A DNA stretch of 57,992 bases, the filler included, from Diploschistes diacapsis (lineage: Eukaryota), in NCBI GenBank assembly GCA_023645945.1. It is 5 parts of 5 records of this genome, joined end to end, with 100 filler letters (N's around TTAATTAATTAA, not from the genome) between each part and the next. Parts side by side here need not be neighbours in the genome. Positions count along the whole stretch, not along the records: positions 23,275 to 34,798 come from JALAIB010000824.1; 4 more parts are not named here. One strand, written 5' to 3'. The number at the start of each line of letters is the position of its first letter. Position 1 is the stretch's first letter. Below the pieces are notes generated by a model, which saw only the letters and a program-made list of their open reading frames with translations, made no database searches and was not told the DNA's origin. A program made the position numbers and the translations under genes. Below are positions 24,182 through 34,798 of this stretch, piece by piece.

Positions 24182-25249
24182 ATGTATTGCCTTCAGTTTC
24201 CCTCTTTTCTTCTTTTCACTATCTTCTTTTGTACTACCTTGGCACAAAGACATGCCCCCGCGCAGCAAGCTGATAGCGCACAGAATGTTCAGGCGAGCAT
24301 CGGGACCGGCGTCAGCCATTGCAGCGAAGTCTCGGATCCCATAATGCAAGAGCGTTGTAGTCAACAGGAATTCCCTTCGAGCAGAGCTGGAGCTAGCATA
24401 GAGCAGAAGACGCGGGAGACGCTGAGCCAACCCAGTCTCCTTCGGACCAGCTACAACAATGAGGGCAGACCTAGTAACGAAGACGGTTCGGAGCTCGGCA
24501 GTCTGAAGCCAGGCGATCAAAAGAGAATCGTTCGACGCCATAATACACATCAGAGGCGAGAAAACGGGAAACGCTCCTCCCCTCCGGATCCTCCTCCGCC
24601 TCCTCGCTATCCTTCCCCCCCTCGCTATCCTGGCTTTCCCCATCCGCCCAACTATGATATCCCTCTGAAGCTTGATACCATATACAGGGCTCCTCGTGCA
24701 CCTCGCCTTCCTGCCCCGCCTCGTGAGGCCCCCGTGCCTCTTGGCTTTCACCCAGGGTCTCGTCCTGGTAATCCTCGAGGCACAGCGAAAGTCTTCAGTC
24801 AAGTCGCCCAGTACATCAATAACGATTATGAGAAAAAAAACTTAGCCCGCGAAAAAGCCAACGAATCGGCCAAAACAGCTAAGGAGACTATGATGCAGGC
24901 GATAAAATTGAAAAGTCCCGAGAATATGCAGCAAACCTTTCGCAGGATACATAACACAGAGAGTGAAGCTGCCTTCCAAAAGTATAAGCAGCGGGAGGAC
25001 GCCAAAGATGCAAAACGTGGAATGAGCAACTTCCTCAAGACCGTTGCGCCCGGCAAGCCTAGACGCAGTCTCACACCGCCCAATGCTTCCAGGCCGCCCA
25101 GTGCCGATAAGTCGCACGCTTTATTCAGGCCCAGTCCTGACAGGCAGCAAGCTGTTGTCAGCAAGGGGCCCGTTTCAGAAATTGCAGTAGCGAAAAATCA
25201 GCACTATGGACAGCCGAGGCGCTGGCGCAAGTCGAAATTTGAATACTGA
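24182..25249 (+). CDS. Putative secreted protein of unknown function, 355 aa, Pro-rich
   Basis: Hydrophobic N-terminus ending TTLA-Q (signal-peptide-like), dibasic sites (KR, RR), PPRYP repeats and an upstream TATA. No family recognised. Confidence 0.6.
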   Translation: MYCLQFPSFLLFTIFFCTTLAQRHAPAQQADSAQNVQASIGTGVSHCSEVSDPIMQERCSQQEFPSSRAGASIEQKTRETLSQPSLLRTSYNNEGRPSNEDGSELGSLKPGDQKRIVRRHNTHQRRENGKRSSPPDPPPPPRYPSPPRYPGFPHPPNYDIPLKLDTIYRAPRAPRLPAPPREAPVPLGFHPGSRPGNPRGTAKVFSQVAQYINNDYEKKNLAREKANESAKTAKETMMQAIKLKSPENMQQTFRRIHNTESEAAFQKYKQREDAKDAKRGMSNFLKTVAPGKPRRSLTPPNASRPPSADKSHALFRPSPDRQQAVVSKGPVSEIAVAKNQHYGQPRRWRKSKFEY

Positions 25250-25460
25250 TGGGTTGCTTGGGGCTTCGGGCGCAGATCTGCGACATCGTTGGTAAGAAGA
25301 GGATGACACATCACTGCCGAGGCTGGAAATGGCGACGGCGGGGCCTCGGACGGCGGCGCCGAGAAGCGAGGGCTTTGCGTACCGGATCCGCGGGCGGGAC
25401 TGTGTCGGGAGCCTTTGCACGAGAAGTATTGCGGATTGGGAGGAGATTTTGGTAGAGGAA

Positions 25461-25495
25461 ATGATGGACATAATGATGGACATAATGATGGACAT
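25461..25495. repeat. 12-bp tandem repeat (ATGATGGACATA), about 3 copies
   Basis: atgatggacata atgatggacata atgatggacat. Confidence 0.9.
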
Positions 25496-26384
25496 GATAA
25501 GCTGATTCTTCGAGATGCGTAAGAGCGCAGGGGCGGGCAAGTTTCGAGTGAGCAATGTAAGGAAGTTCGTGGGCAACACGAGAGAGACGATCAGCAAACG
25601 ATAGAAAAATCGAGCTAGGTAGGACATGCATGATGAAGCTGAAGCAGGCATTGATAAGCCCAGCAGCTGCCACGCACCTGCCCATAGTAACGTCTAATTC
25701 ATTCCAGAAACCTGTACTTTCCTTCAGCCCCAGTTAGTGGTTCGATTAAGGTCTTTTATTGCGACTGGAGCTATCGCCCATCCCATCCCCCCTCGCCAGC
25801 ATCAGCTCCTCACCTCCGGCTCACAGTACAGGATAGCGTGAAAACGCTACATACTTTACGATGGTTATCAACAGAAAGCTACCTCGCCTTTTGGGATGAT
25901 GAGAATATGAAGGAGAGAGGCGATTTTTCCTTAGTTCGCGAAAGGGATGAAGCAAGCCATCTTCCCAGAATTAAAAACTGGTCTTGGGCCAAAGACGTCA
26001 GGCTTCTGCCTCGAGAAGTTCAAGGTGATGGAGTTGATAACTGAGTCAATATTCTTTTGTCTCTGTGTCGTTTCCGAGTCCCGATTGGATCTGGCATTAG
26101 CCCTTACGCTAAGCCGTAACAAGAGGTGTTAATATCAGATACAATGCAATCATAAATTACTTCGGACGGGGTATAGCTGATACGTGAGGCTTCGCCGGCG
26201 CCAGAGCCTAGGCCCCATTCAGGTTAGCCTTCCCGCTAAGCTTCATTCGGGTTAACGGGTGCTGATCCAAAGGGGCTTAGTGCTTACTACTAACCCAAAG
26301 GGGTTTAACTCAAACAAGCGCCAGCCCGTGCGCGCAACTAGCGCGCCCAGGGTCATAGTCTGAAACAAGTAATTGGTAACTAAT

Positions 26385-28261
26385 GTCGATTATACTTATA
26401 CCTTGTTTGTGTCGACCTTTGCTGTCGTTTTTCCAACTAAATGGTGCCTGGTCAGGGTATTCTGAAGCTCTTACATTCGTTCACCAGAACATCATTGAGA
26501 GCGCTCTAGATGGGCTTCTTCTATTCTTCAGTCGAATCACATCCCGATCCACCATTATATGATACAAAGCCTATTCCTGTGCTCCTTTTCAATTACCGAC
26601 TGAAAACTGAAAGCAATCTGGACAGTATTACAGGCCATGGGGGCAGAAAGGGGTATTGGTGATTCCATCCCTGGGGGACCACGTACGAGAGCTTGGTGAT
26701 GCGCCCGAGCTCTCCTCGAGAGCAATGTATTCCGATCTAGGTCGGACTTCGCAAATCTATTTTGACAAGATACTCATGAGAAAGTAGATTTTTGGGTTCA
26801 GATACACAATGAAGCACGAAGAAACGAGCCTTAATGCCGATGAACAAGTACCTGAAAGATACAACCTTTTCGATACCATGATTCGAAGCATTGGACTAGC
26901 ACAGAGCTCGCTTTTGCAGCCTTACCTACAATCGCGCCTGGAAAAAGACATTTTATCAGCGTGTTGGCTCGCAATGATCTGTTGATGATTATTTATTATA
27001 GCCATCAAATCGTATAGCCTGTGTCACTGACAGTGTTCTTAGGGTGAAAAGTCGTGAATCTGGCCTCTTTAACGAGAGAGTCGGCATCAGACATATTAGG
27101 GACTTACTTTTTCGGCGACGCTGTTTGTAAGTTATTCAAAGTCTTTGAATATAGATGCGTTGACCGGATCAAGATGATGAATCGGAGTGTTTTGCTGCGA
27201 CTCTTGATTTTAATCATGATGTTATCAAGTGTATGGTGCATTGCAGGTCTTCGCATATTTTTCGAAAGAGTAAGAATCTTCCTCGATTTCTAAGAATCAG
27301 CTCCGCTAAAAAAGCCAAGTGCTGTCTATAATGTAATTATGGAACGGGGAAGGGCCCTGCGTGTATTATTCGAAAGAGTTCGATCAGACACATGTGGCAG
27401 TATTTGAAGTCCGTAAATGCGCTTAACCTATCAATATGGCCGAGCAGACACAAGGATCGACATACTGGACTCCGAATCTCCTGGTCCAAGCTGTTATTAG
27501 CATATGGTTTGCAGCGTCTCATCAGCCTTGGATAGTGCGCAGCGATTCACAGCTGTAAATCAAGACTGACATAACTAGAATTTGCATTTATTTTACTTGA
27601 GTTTTTGCGAGCGGCCGGCGTATGTTGAGTTACTGCGACATAAGATCAGTGCTTGACTCGGCCCCGATAACCAGACTAGCAATCCTAGATAGTTTCATCA
27701 AGGAATGTGTACGGCTGAATCCTCTAGACATAAGTACCGTTCTCCTGTTTCTCATCCTTGAACAAGTGTTGATCTCTTCGAGTGGCGATCCGCAGAACGG
27801 TACTTAGGACATACGCATTCTCTACGGCGGCCCGAATGTTTCAACTGGCCAAACAGTTTGCATATTTGCCTATGATACCATGCACGATGAATCGAAGCAT
27901 CCCAACCCGCACGAGTTTGATGAGCCTTGCTTTATGAACGATCAAGCCAGGTTTAAGAGGTAGGAGACGCTCGCGGAGACGTCCCGAAACGCAAGCAAGC
28001 TATGCGCAGCACCACTTTTACGGACACCTCCAAAGATTTCCCTATCTGGGCATTTGGACACTTGCAGCATCCGGCTACCCCCTTTTCAGGAATAGCCCCG
28101 GTAGGTGGCATGCTGATCTTGTTTTGAAGATGGCAATCGTGCACCCGATCGCGAACTACGGTTTTCGCCTGGAGAACCAGGACGCTAGAAATAAATGGTG
28201 GTAGGAAACCTTCCAGTTGCCGTGCGAGTCGACCAAGGTTGTCTTCCGCAGAAGGAGCTGA
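26385..28261 (+). pseudogene. Cytochrome P450 pseudogene (WFAASHQPW I-helix type)
   Basis: Colinear fragments: IFGFRYTM (~26790), G*KVVNLAS..YFFG (TGA 27045), YWTPNLLVQAVISIWFAASHQPW (27505-27531), LDSFIKECVRLNPLD (ExxR 27703-27714), PNPHEFD (27901), FTDTSKDFPIWAFG (~28040), PGRWHADLVLK (28097) and KWW*ETFQLP (TAG 28202). Several frameshifts. Start is approximate. Confidence 0.88.
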
Positions 28262-28562
28262 TAGTCAATCTGGTAAGACGTTTATTAATGCACGTGAAAC
28301 GCCAAGTATGGAAGTATGCCTGAACTGACGTAGATTTGGGTATACAACGATAGAAAACGAATACGTGTAGCTGCCTCCTAGGGCGCCATGAGGAGTTAAT
28401 ATGCGCTAATCAAGATCATAGGCTTACCATCATTGTCATTGTCTATACTGCGACCTTGAAAAAATCAGGTAGGTACCATGGGGGTACTATATAGAGCCAT
28501 ACGGGGCTATGACACATGTGCTATAGTTACGGAAAGCGCCAATGCGTATCCTGGTGATGTTT

Positions 28563-28613
28563 CTTCTTCTTCTTCTTCTTCTTCTTCTTCTTCTTCTTCT
28601 TCTTCTTCTTCTT
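28563..28613. repeat. (CTT)17 microsatellite
   Basis: Direct reading. Confidence 0.95.
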
Positions 28614-28896
28614 GACGTTGCTCTTCATAATATTACAGAAGCCTTCGATGTGCTATCTAGGGGACTCCGCACACCTATCAAGGTCAGAACCCGCATACAC
28701 AAGTCTTTTTATCAGCTCAGGAAACTTTGTACTGCACATATGCATACTAAAAATTCCCATTACGTCTCATTCCCTATATTAGTTTTCTTGACTTGATGAA
28801 GATAATGCTCAAGGTTGTTTCTTGGGTGCAAGAGCTCAATCCATAGAATCCCCCCTTTCCGTCATCCTTATAGTCTATTGTCCACTGCTTCTCAGC

Positions 28897-29326
28897 TCAG
28901 CATCCAAAATAGCTTCCACTCCAAGTACAGGTCCAGCAAGAGCATGGAATCGTTCCTACTAGCATCAGCGCTACCCCGACTGGAGGAGAATCACACAAAC
29001 TTACCTCCACAACAGATATTTCCATCGTTGGTGCAATCCTGCGCTACGCTGACGGTGTAGCAGTTCTTTGGGTTGCAGTAGTGCACAGTGATCGGACCGT
29101 TAATCGCTGGCCAGTTCCAGGTAAGGCTGAAGTTTGGAACGCATTTCCCAGTCCCGCTATCGGCGTCGCCGCTGTAATTCACGGTGCAGGTCGTTACGCC
29201 GTTGTCCACGGCTGTCAGGATCATGTTGCCTCCGAGCCCGACGGAGCCCTGAGCGTTGATCTTAAGACAGGCGAGGGCGGGCGTGACGCCGACGAGGGCA
29301 AGAGGGAGCAAGTTGGAGAAGCGCAT
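28897..29326 (-). CDS. Small secreted cysteine-rich protein, about 126 aa with 12 Cys, 2 exons
   Basis: Signal peptide MRFSNLLPLALVGVTPALA. Exon 29326-29005, intron GTAAGT..GCTGAT..TAGTAG, exon 28955-28897 encoding GTIPCSCWTCTWSGSYFGC*. Confidence 0.85.
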
Positions 29327-30337
29327 TGGGTTGGTTGGTGTTTGGAGGGTGTTTCGACGCCTTAGGAATGATGAGTATTGATCCTTTGAGCTTGCTAAAA
29401 ACAAGAGCTATGGAGGAAGGGCTGCCTTCATATACTTCTGCGGACCTGGCTTCAAGGGAAACGAACAGTCCCTCTTATTTACGTGCATGTCTGTAGGCTG
29501 AACTGTTGGATTTCCTAAATAGGAAATTCGCCTCGACAGCCAAGGCCGGCCCAATTTAGAGAGTGAGCGAGGTGTCAACAGCCAATCTTTGCAATGCCCA
29601 CAGAAACCTTTGAAAGCTACCGCTCGCGGTCCATCCGGATTTGAAACGAACCAGAGCATGCAGGTACGAATTGCTCCTGTAACTCGTCGAGATGAATTGA
29701 ATTGTCGTTCCTGCGTATAGTTTTCCCAATATAGAAGCGTTACATCCATCACGTGTTTGTAGTCACAGTCGGGTCGTAGCATGTTGCCAGAACAAGACCC
29801 GTCGGCATTTTGAAAAGTTCTGTACCTCCTCCGCATTGGTAGAAGAACGCCCAGGCCGAGAGTGTTCCAATAATGAAAAAGTCCAGCTACCGTACCTGTC
29901 AACTTGAATTGGGTTGCCGCTCACTGCGCACAGCCTTCCCCATAAAGAAAGGGTTACATACTCTTGTGCTTTGCAGTTACGGTCGGATTGAGATTTGTCG
30001 TAGTGGAAGGACGTCCCAGACAAGGTTTGTTCCGAATACATGATCCTACGGTTGGATACTTTGAGTATCTTTGGACGAGGCCAGCGCAACAAGGGGCAGA
30101 TTAACTATCGGTAAATATTACTGACATCTTTACACGCAGTAGTTGAAGTCTTCGGTTCTTTGGCAGCATCATTGCTATCGTCATGGTCTCTTTTATCGGT
30201 CCGCCTACTCGAAATCCGTTTAGGCAAGGAAGATCAGGGTCCTCCGAGCCCTCTTTGACGGATGCGGGCGGTTGCTCGACTTCTGGGCTCGAGGCCTGAG
30301 GTCCCGACCGAATTATTACATGAGCAGACGGCCTGAA

Positions 30338-32825
30338 TCAGATCGGTATGGAGCAACCTGAAACATGGGTACAGTCTAGAAGCGCAGAGGGATAAGTCAC
30401 CCCATGTTTTTCGGTGCTTGAAATTTTTGTTCCACTGTTGATGGTATCGGCTGTCCAGCTCTGGGAAGGGTTGTCATGCGTCAATCGGGATTGATCTTGG
30501 TGCGCTATCGGTGCGCTAGGTAGCCGAGAGCTTTGCAACTGCACCCTCTGAAGGAGATGTATTACTAGTTCAGTAACGGAGCCCATAAGCTCAGAGGGAG
30601 TCAGGCTGGCAAGTACGGTCTCCCGGCAGTCAGGACCAGTCGCAATAATTGCTAGGCCAGAGAAGTCATTTCGAGCAGGCGTCATTTCCGTGATCTCTAG
30701 CCTGGCTAAATGCTCACATAGCTCTCTTACCATGAGGCTTGTGTGATGGTCTATCTCCATTTCTTGACATTTGCCATCCCCTAGCTGAAGGTCCACCAAG
30801 AGTATTAGGACTGCATCATACGATATGTTATACCGACTTGGTTTGCCGATGTGTCCTAAACACTGGCTCAACATTCCACCAGTACTCCTGTCAAAAATCT
30901 CCGCGGGACGATCTTCTCGAGGCCGGCGCTTAACCCGGCGTCTGCCCGAATGATTATTTGTCGAGCCTTTGGCTGGAGATCGCAGTCGTTTAGAGGCTCT
31001 TGAATATGAGTCGTTATTGCCCAGAAGGACAGATGCAGTTCCAAAGCCTTGGAGCTTTGAGCCATGATTAAATCTATTGCTTGGGGTAGTTGCAGCTCTA
31101 GAGGTATACGACCCTTGGGTACTAGTATTCTGAAGGGTCGGGAAGCGTCCTATTTCGCTTTCATCGTCTCGATTTAAACTCCCATCCTTTCTACTCCAAA
31201 GAGCGTCCAAGATAATAGTGGTGGAACCATCATCGTTGCCCATTTCGCTCTGTAAACTAAGCTTTGGTCTTGATGTGGCACTCCCCGAGTTAGTAGATTG
31301 GCCGGTCCATAGTCCCATATCTTGTCCTTTTGTCAAGCAAACGCCTGCTGAAAGCCGCTCTTCGGGTATCATCTGAAGCATTCCGACTGTGACAAGGTCC
31401 AGTAAGTTATCCGAATCAATATCATTGACATAGTCAACAATACGACAACACCAAGCGAGCCCCCATGTTTCATACTGCCGGCGAGGAATCTGCAGATCTG
31501 TGCTAGGAAGCCCATACACATACTCCAGTACGATCACTCCTAGTGACCACAGATCCACTGCAGTCGTGTACCTATTATGTCGGCATATCTCAGGCGCGAC
31601 GTACACTAGAGTGCCGCAAATAATTTCCACATCAGGCTTGTCGTTTGCAAGGCCGAAATCAGCGAGCTTGACGCTCAAAGGGGATCGAGATTCAACGAGA
31701 ACATTTTCCGGTTTCAGGTCTCGATGCGCTACTCCGCGCGCATATAAATATTGAAGCGCGTTAAGGGCCTGGTACAGAACCTCCACAGCTTCCTGCGCGG
31801 AAAAAGCTCCCTCGTTGTGCACATCCTGCAGGTTCCCAAAGGGAAAGTACCGCATCGCCATAGAAGGAGAAAAATCTACTCGATAATCCACGACTTCAAC
31901 GATGTTTTCCTTTCAAACAGTCAGAATCCCTCCAATCCAAAGGGGTACCCACACCTACGTGCTGATTTTCTTTCATAATACGGATTTTCTCGTCGAACCT
32001 GGCTCAGCCAGTCCTCTTTTGCTTGCTGCCTGTGCTTGGTTTTTCCCCACTGAGGTTCGAAGAACTTCTTGCGGGCGTATATTGCGCCGGTGCTTACATC
32101 GATAACTTTATCGACCCCTCCGAATGAGCCACATCCTAGTTCTCGTTCACGAGTATAGATGGGAGATCTTTTAGGTGTGAAAGTTCCACTCGTTAATTCG
32201 GTAGGGGGGTAAATGGCGAGCCCATTGCATGTAAAATCATCAAGACTCTTGAGGAACTCTTCTGCATTTTCGTCATATTCAGTAGTGCACGCCTGATGAC
32301 TCGCCAATTCGACCTTGAAGGAAATGTCTCGAACATGTACTTCTACTTCCCGCTCCTTCTCTTCCTTCTTCAGGTCTAGAATCAATTGAAGTGCTCTCGC
32401 ACTTCGCCCTCCGCTTGGGCGCTGTAGCTGACTGCTGTTCCATGAGTCGATGAATCTTTTAGTATGAGCTCTTTGTTGTCGTTGTAAAGTAACGTGGAAG
32501 TGCACATTGCTTATGCCCTCTCCTCGATTGCCTAGTAAGATAACGCAGATCTGCGGGTTGGAACCGAAACAGAACCCTTTGGTGGGGTCTTTTGGCTTGT
32601 TTTGAAGGTCAGCTTAATGCGATGCGTGAAATCGTATTTGGAACAATCACCACTGGCCTCTTCACCAACGGGTGTCGTATCCCGACTTGAGAGGATACAA
32701 CCGTCCTGGATGATTCGAGTAGGCGGAAGGTACCAATCTTCATTATGCTTAAGGCGAAATGCGTTCTCGGCGAGATTGTATTTATCTGTAGGTATCAAGG
32801 TTGCAATGAGTTCTGGGTCTTCCAT
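30338..32825 (-). pseudogene. FHA-like domain + Ser/Thr protein kinase, frameshifted in the 5' half
   Basis: MEDPELIATLIP.., KPKDPTKGFCFGSNPQIC, HFHVT, LILKDSSTHGTAVSY (FHA-like), LGCGSFGGV, ARKKF, HRDLKPEN, DFG, YVAPE, DLWSLG. Frameshifts near 32601, 32487, 32383 and 31986. One GT-AG intron at about 31910-31958. Confidence 0.82.
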
Positions 32826-33397
32826 AATTTGAAGCTTGTGCCAAACTTTTGAGTTGAGAAAGACGTCCAACCGATAAAAGGAACCGGAAAATGCCTTTAA
32901 ATTTCTTTTCTAGTGTAAGTTCCTGTCCAATTAGTCGCTAACCCCACAAAGCTGCTCACTACATTATAATGTAATTGCGCTAGATAGTTTTAAGCGAGCT
33001 TTTGAGCCCCACAACCACACATAAAATTATTTGTACGAAAGGAGAAGATAGGTAATAACATCTTGTCTGGAACGCAGACTTATTCTGTCGCTGCTTCTGA
33101 TCACATCTTGATCATTTTCATCTACCTACTCATACATGCTCGCTACGCTTTCTTTAATAAAAATGACACAACTTCTAGCGGTCTACGGACTACCAGTTGC
33201 TTTGCGATTGTGTGCTCTTGCGGTCTTTTTCACGCGCCTTCCTAATAGGACAGTAATCGCTCGTGCCTGCTGTAGCAGTTGATGGTCTATGGTATTTAGG
33301 TCTGTGGAAGATTTTCTTTTGTGTCTATGTGTGTCCGCCCTTTGACAGTAGAGAATCACTTTTACCATTGTCCATATTGAAGTTATTCTAACAAATC

Positions 33398-34666
33398 ATG
33401 TCTGCTTCAGTGTATGGAGCAGAACCCTCGTCGTCCGTGCGTCGCTCATTCAGATTCTTAAGAGCTCTTACGCCCCCTCCTTCTCTTCGACCTTTGCCTG
33501 CGCTGTCCCGCTCTCCAGCTAAACGCAAGATTTCGCCATCCGCGCCGACCTCACCATCTAAGCAGCAAGCACTTGGGTCTGGCAAGCTTCTATCCGAGGA
33601 GTTGATGGAATCAAGAATGTTCAAGATACCCAAAGCCACGCTCGTGGAAGATCAAGGATTCACGTACTATAAAAAGGAGCTTTCTAGCTTCTTTGTAGAA
33701 GGCATAAAGAAGAAGTCCTCAACATGGGCATCTATCGGTATGAGTATAGCTTTTCCTGGAACTGTGAAGGAATTTCAGGAGCTGGATGAGATAGTCACGA
33801 AGATGGAGCGCAGATGGCCCAGAGTCACATATATCTCTTCCGTATCCAGGATTAAGATCGTTTCTTATCCAGGAGCGGTGCATGATAAGATCGCGGCCGC
33901 GATGGGTGGATGTTTCTGGAGGTCAATTGCGACACTGAGTGATGAGGTACAAGAGCGTATTGACGCTTCGCACAGTCCAACATCACGCCTAACCAATGAA
34001 ACCTATAGACACAGCAAACTCGAAGCCGATTATACCTTCATACATCGCCCGACCGATAAACCCTCTATCTGCGCAGTACTGGAGATTGCTGTGAGCGAGA
34101 CGATAGACAGCGTGCGAGAAACCGCATGCGCCTGGCTGGGTGGCATGGATAGCATGCAACTCGTCATAATTGTAAAGGTTACTGAAATACCGGCCATCAA
34201 CTTCTCAAGTCGGGTCTTGGCCGAGTTTATACTCGGGAAAATCTGGAGCGAGCCGGAGTGGGACTGGGATGAACTTGATGACGGAGAAAAGGACCCTACG
34301 AGGCCCATGTCCTATAGGGACGTTGGTTTAGTCAATCCCATGGAAATGTTCGTCGAGCTATGGCGTAAAGGTAACGATGGAGTTCCTGCTCAAAGTGGGA
34401 ATCGGATGATCTACGATCATCAAAATCCGAGTACGGAGGCCTTGCTCACCTATGGTGATCTCTATCCTATTACTGTGGAGGAGGGAGCAAACACACCGTT
34501 TCCTTTGTCGTGGTATGTGCTCGATAAAGCGTTGCGCCTGGGTCGGCAAGACTTTGCAAGGGAGCGCTGGGGAGATGTAAGAGAGAGGATGGAAGAGCAG
34601 GAATCTGGGAAGGAAGAGCACGATCCTGACTATGAGCCAAGTACAGAAGACGGAGAGGATGATTAG
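33398..34666 (+). CDS. Intronless protein with a PD-(D/E)xK / Uma2-like restriction-endonuclease-fold signature
   Basis: YPGAVHD, SKLEADYTF (~34016), VLEIAVSET..VRETACAWL (~34076), LVIIVKV, FVELWR, matching the pattern of fungal Uma2-like proteins. 422-aa intact ORF. Confidence 0.68.
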   Translation: MSASVYGAEPSSSVRRSFRFLRALTPPPSLRPLPALSRSPAKRKISPSAPTSPSKQQALGSGKLLSEELMESRMFKIPKATLVEDQGFTYYKKELSSFFVEGIKKKSSTWASIGMSIAFPGTVKEFQELDEIVTKMERRWPRVTYISSVSRIKIVSYPGAVHDKIAAAMGGCFWRSIATLSDEVQERIDASHSPTSRLTNETYRHSKLEADYTFIHRPTDKPSICAVLEIAVSETIDSVRETACAWLGGMDSMQLVIIVKVTEIPAINFSSRVLAEFILGKIWSEPEWDWDELDDGEKDPTRPMSYRDVGLVNPMEMFVELWRKGNDGVPAQSGNRMIYDHQNPSTEALLTYGDLYPITVEEGANTPFPLSWYVLDKALRLGRQDFARERWGDVRERMEEQESGKEEHDPDYEPSTEDGEDD

Positions 34667-34798
34667 CCAGCCACGGGTAAGGTGGAAGACAGAACTAGAG
34701 GGTACCGCAACGGAATAGCTTTATCGCAGAAAACCTCAACTCCCGCTACTGAACCAACCTTGTTGTTTCTATCCTAGTGTCCCAATTCTCTCCTGCAC

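Noticed and set aside
28542..28796. ORF with a poly-Leu stretch resembling a signal peptide
   Set aside because: The Leu run is simply the (CTT)17 microsatellite.
29408..30337. ORF fragments downstream of the kinase
   Set aside because: Possibly a decayed kinase tail, but no domain could be recognised with confidence.
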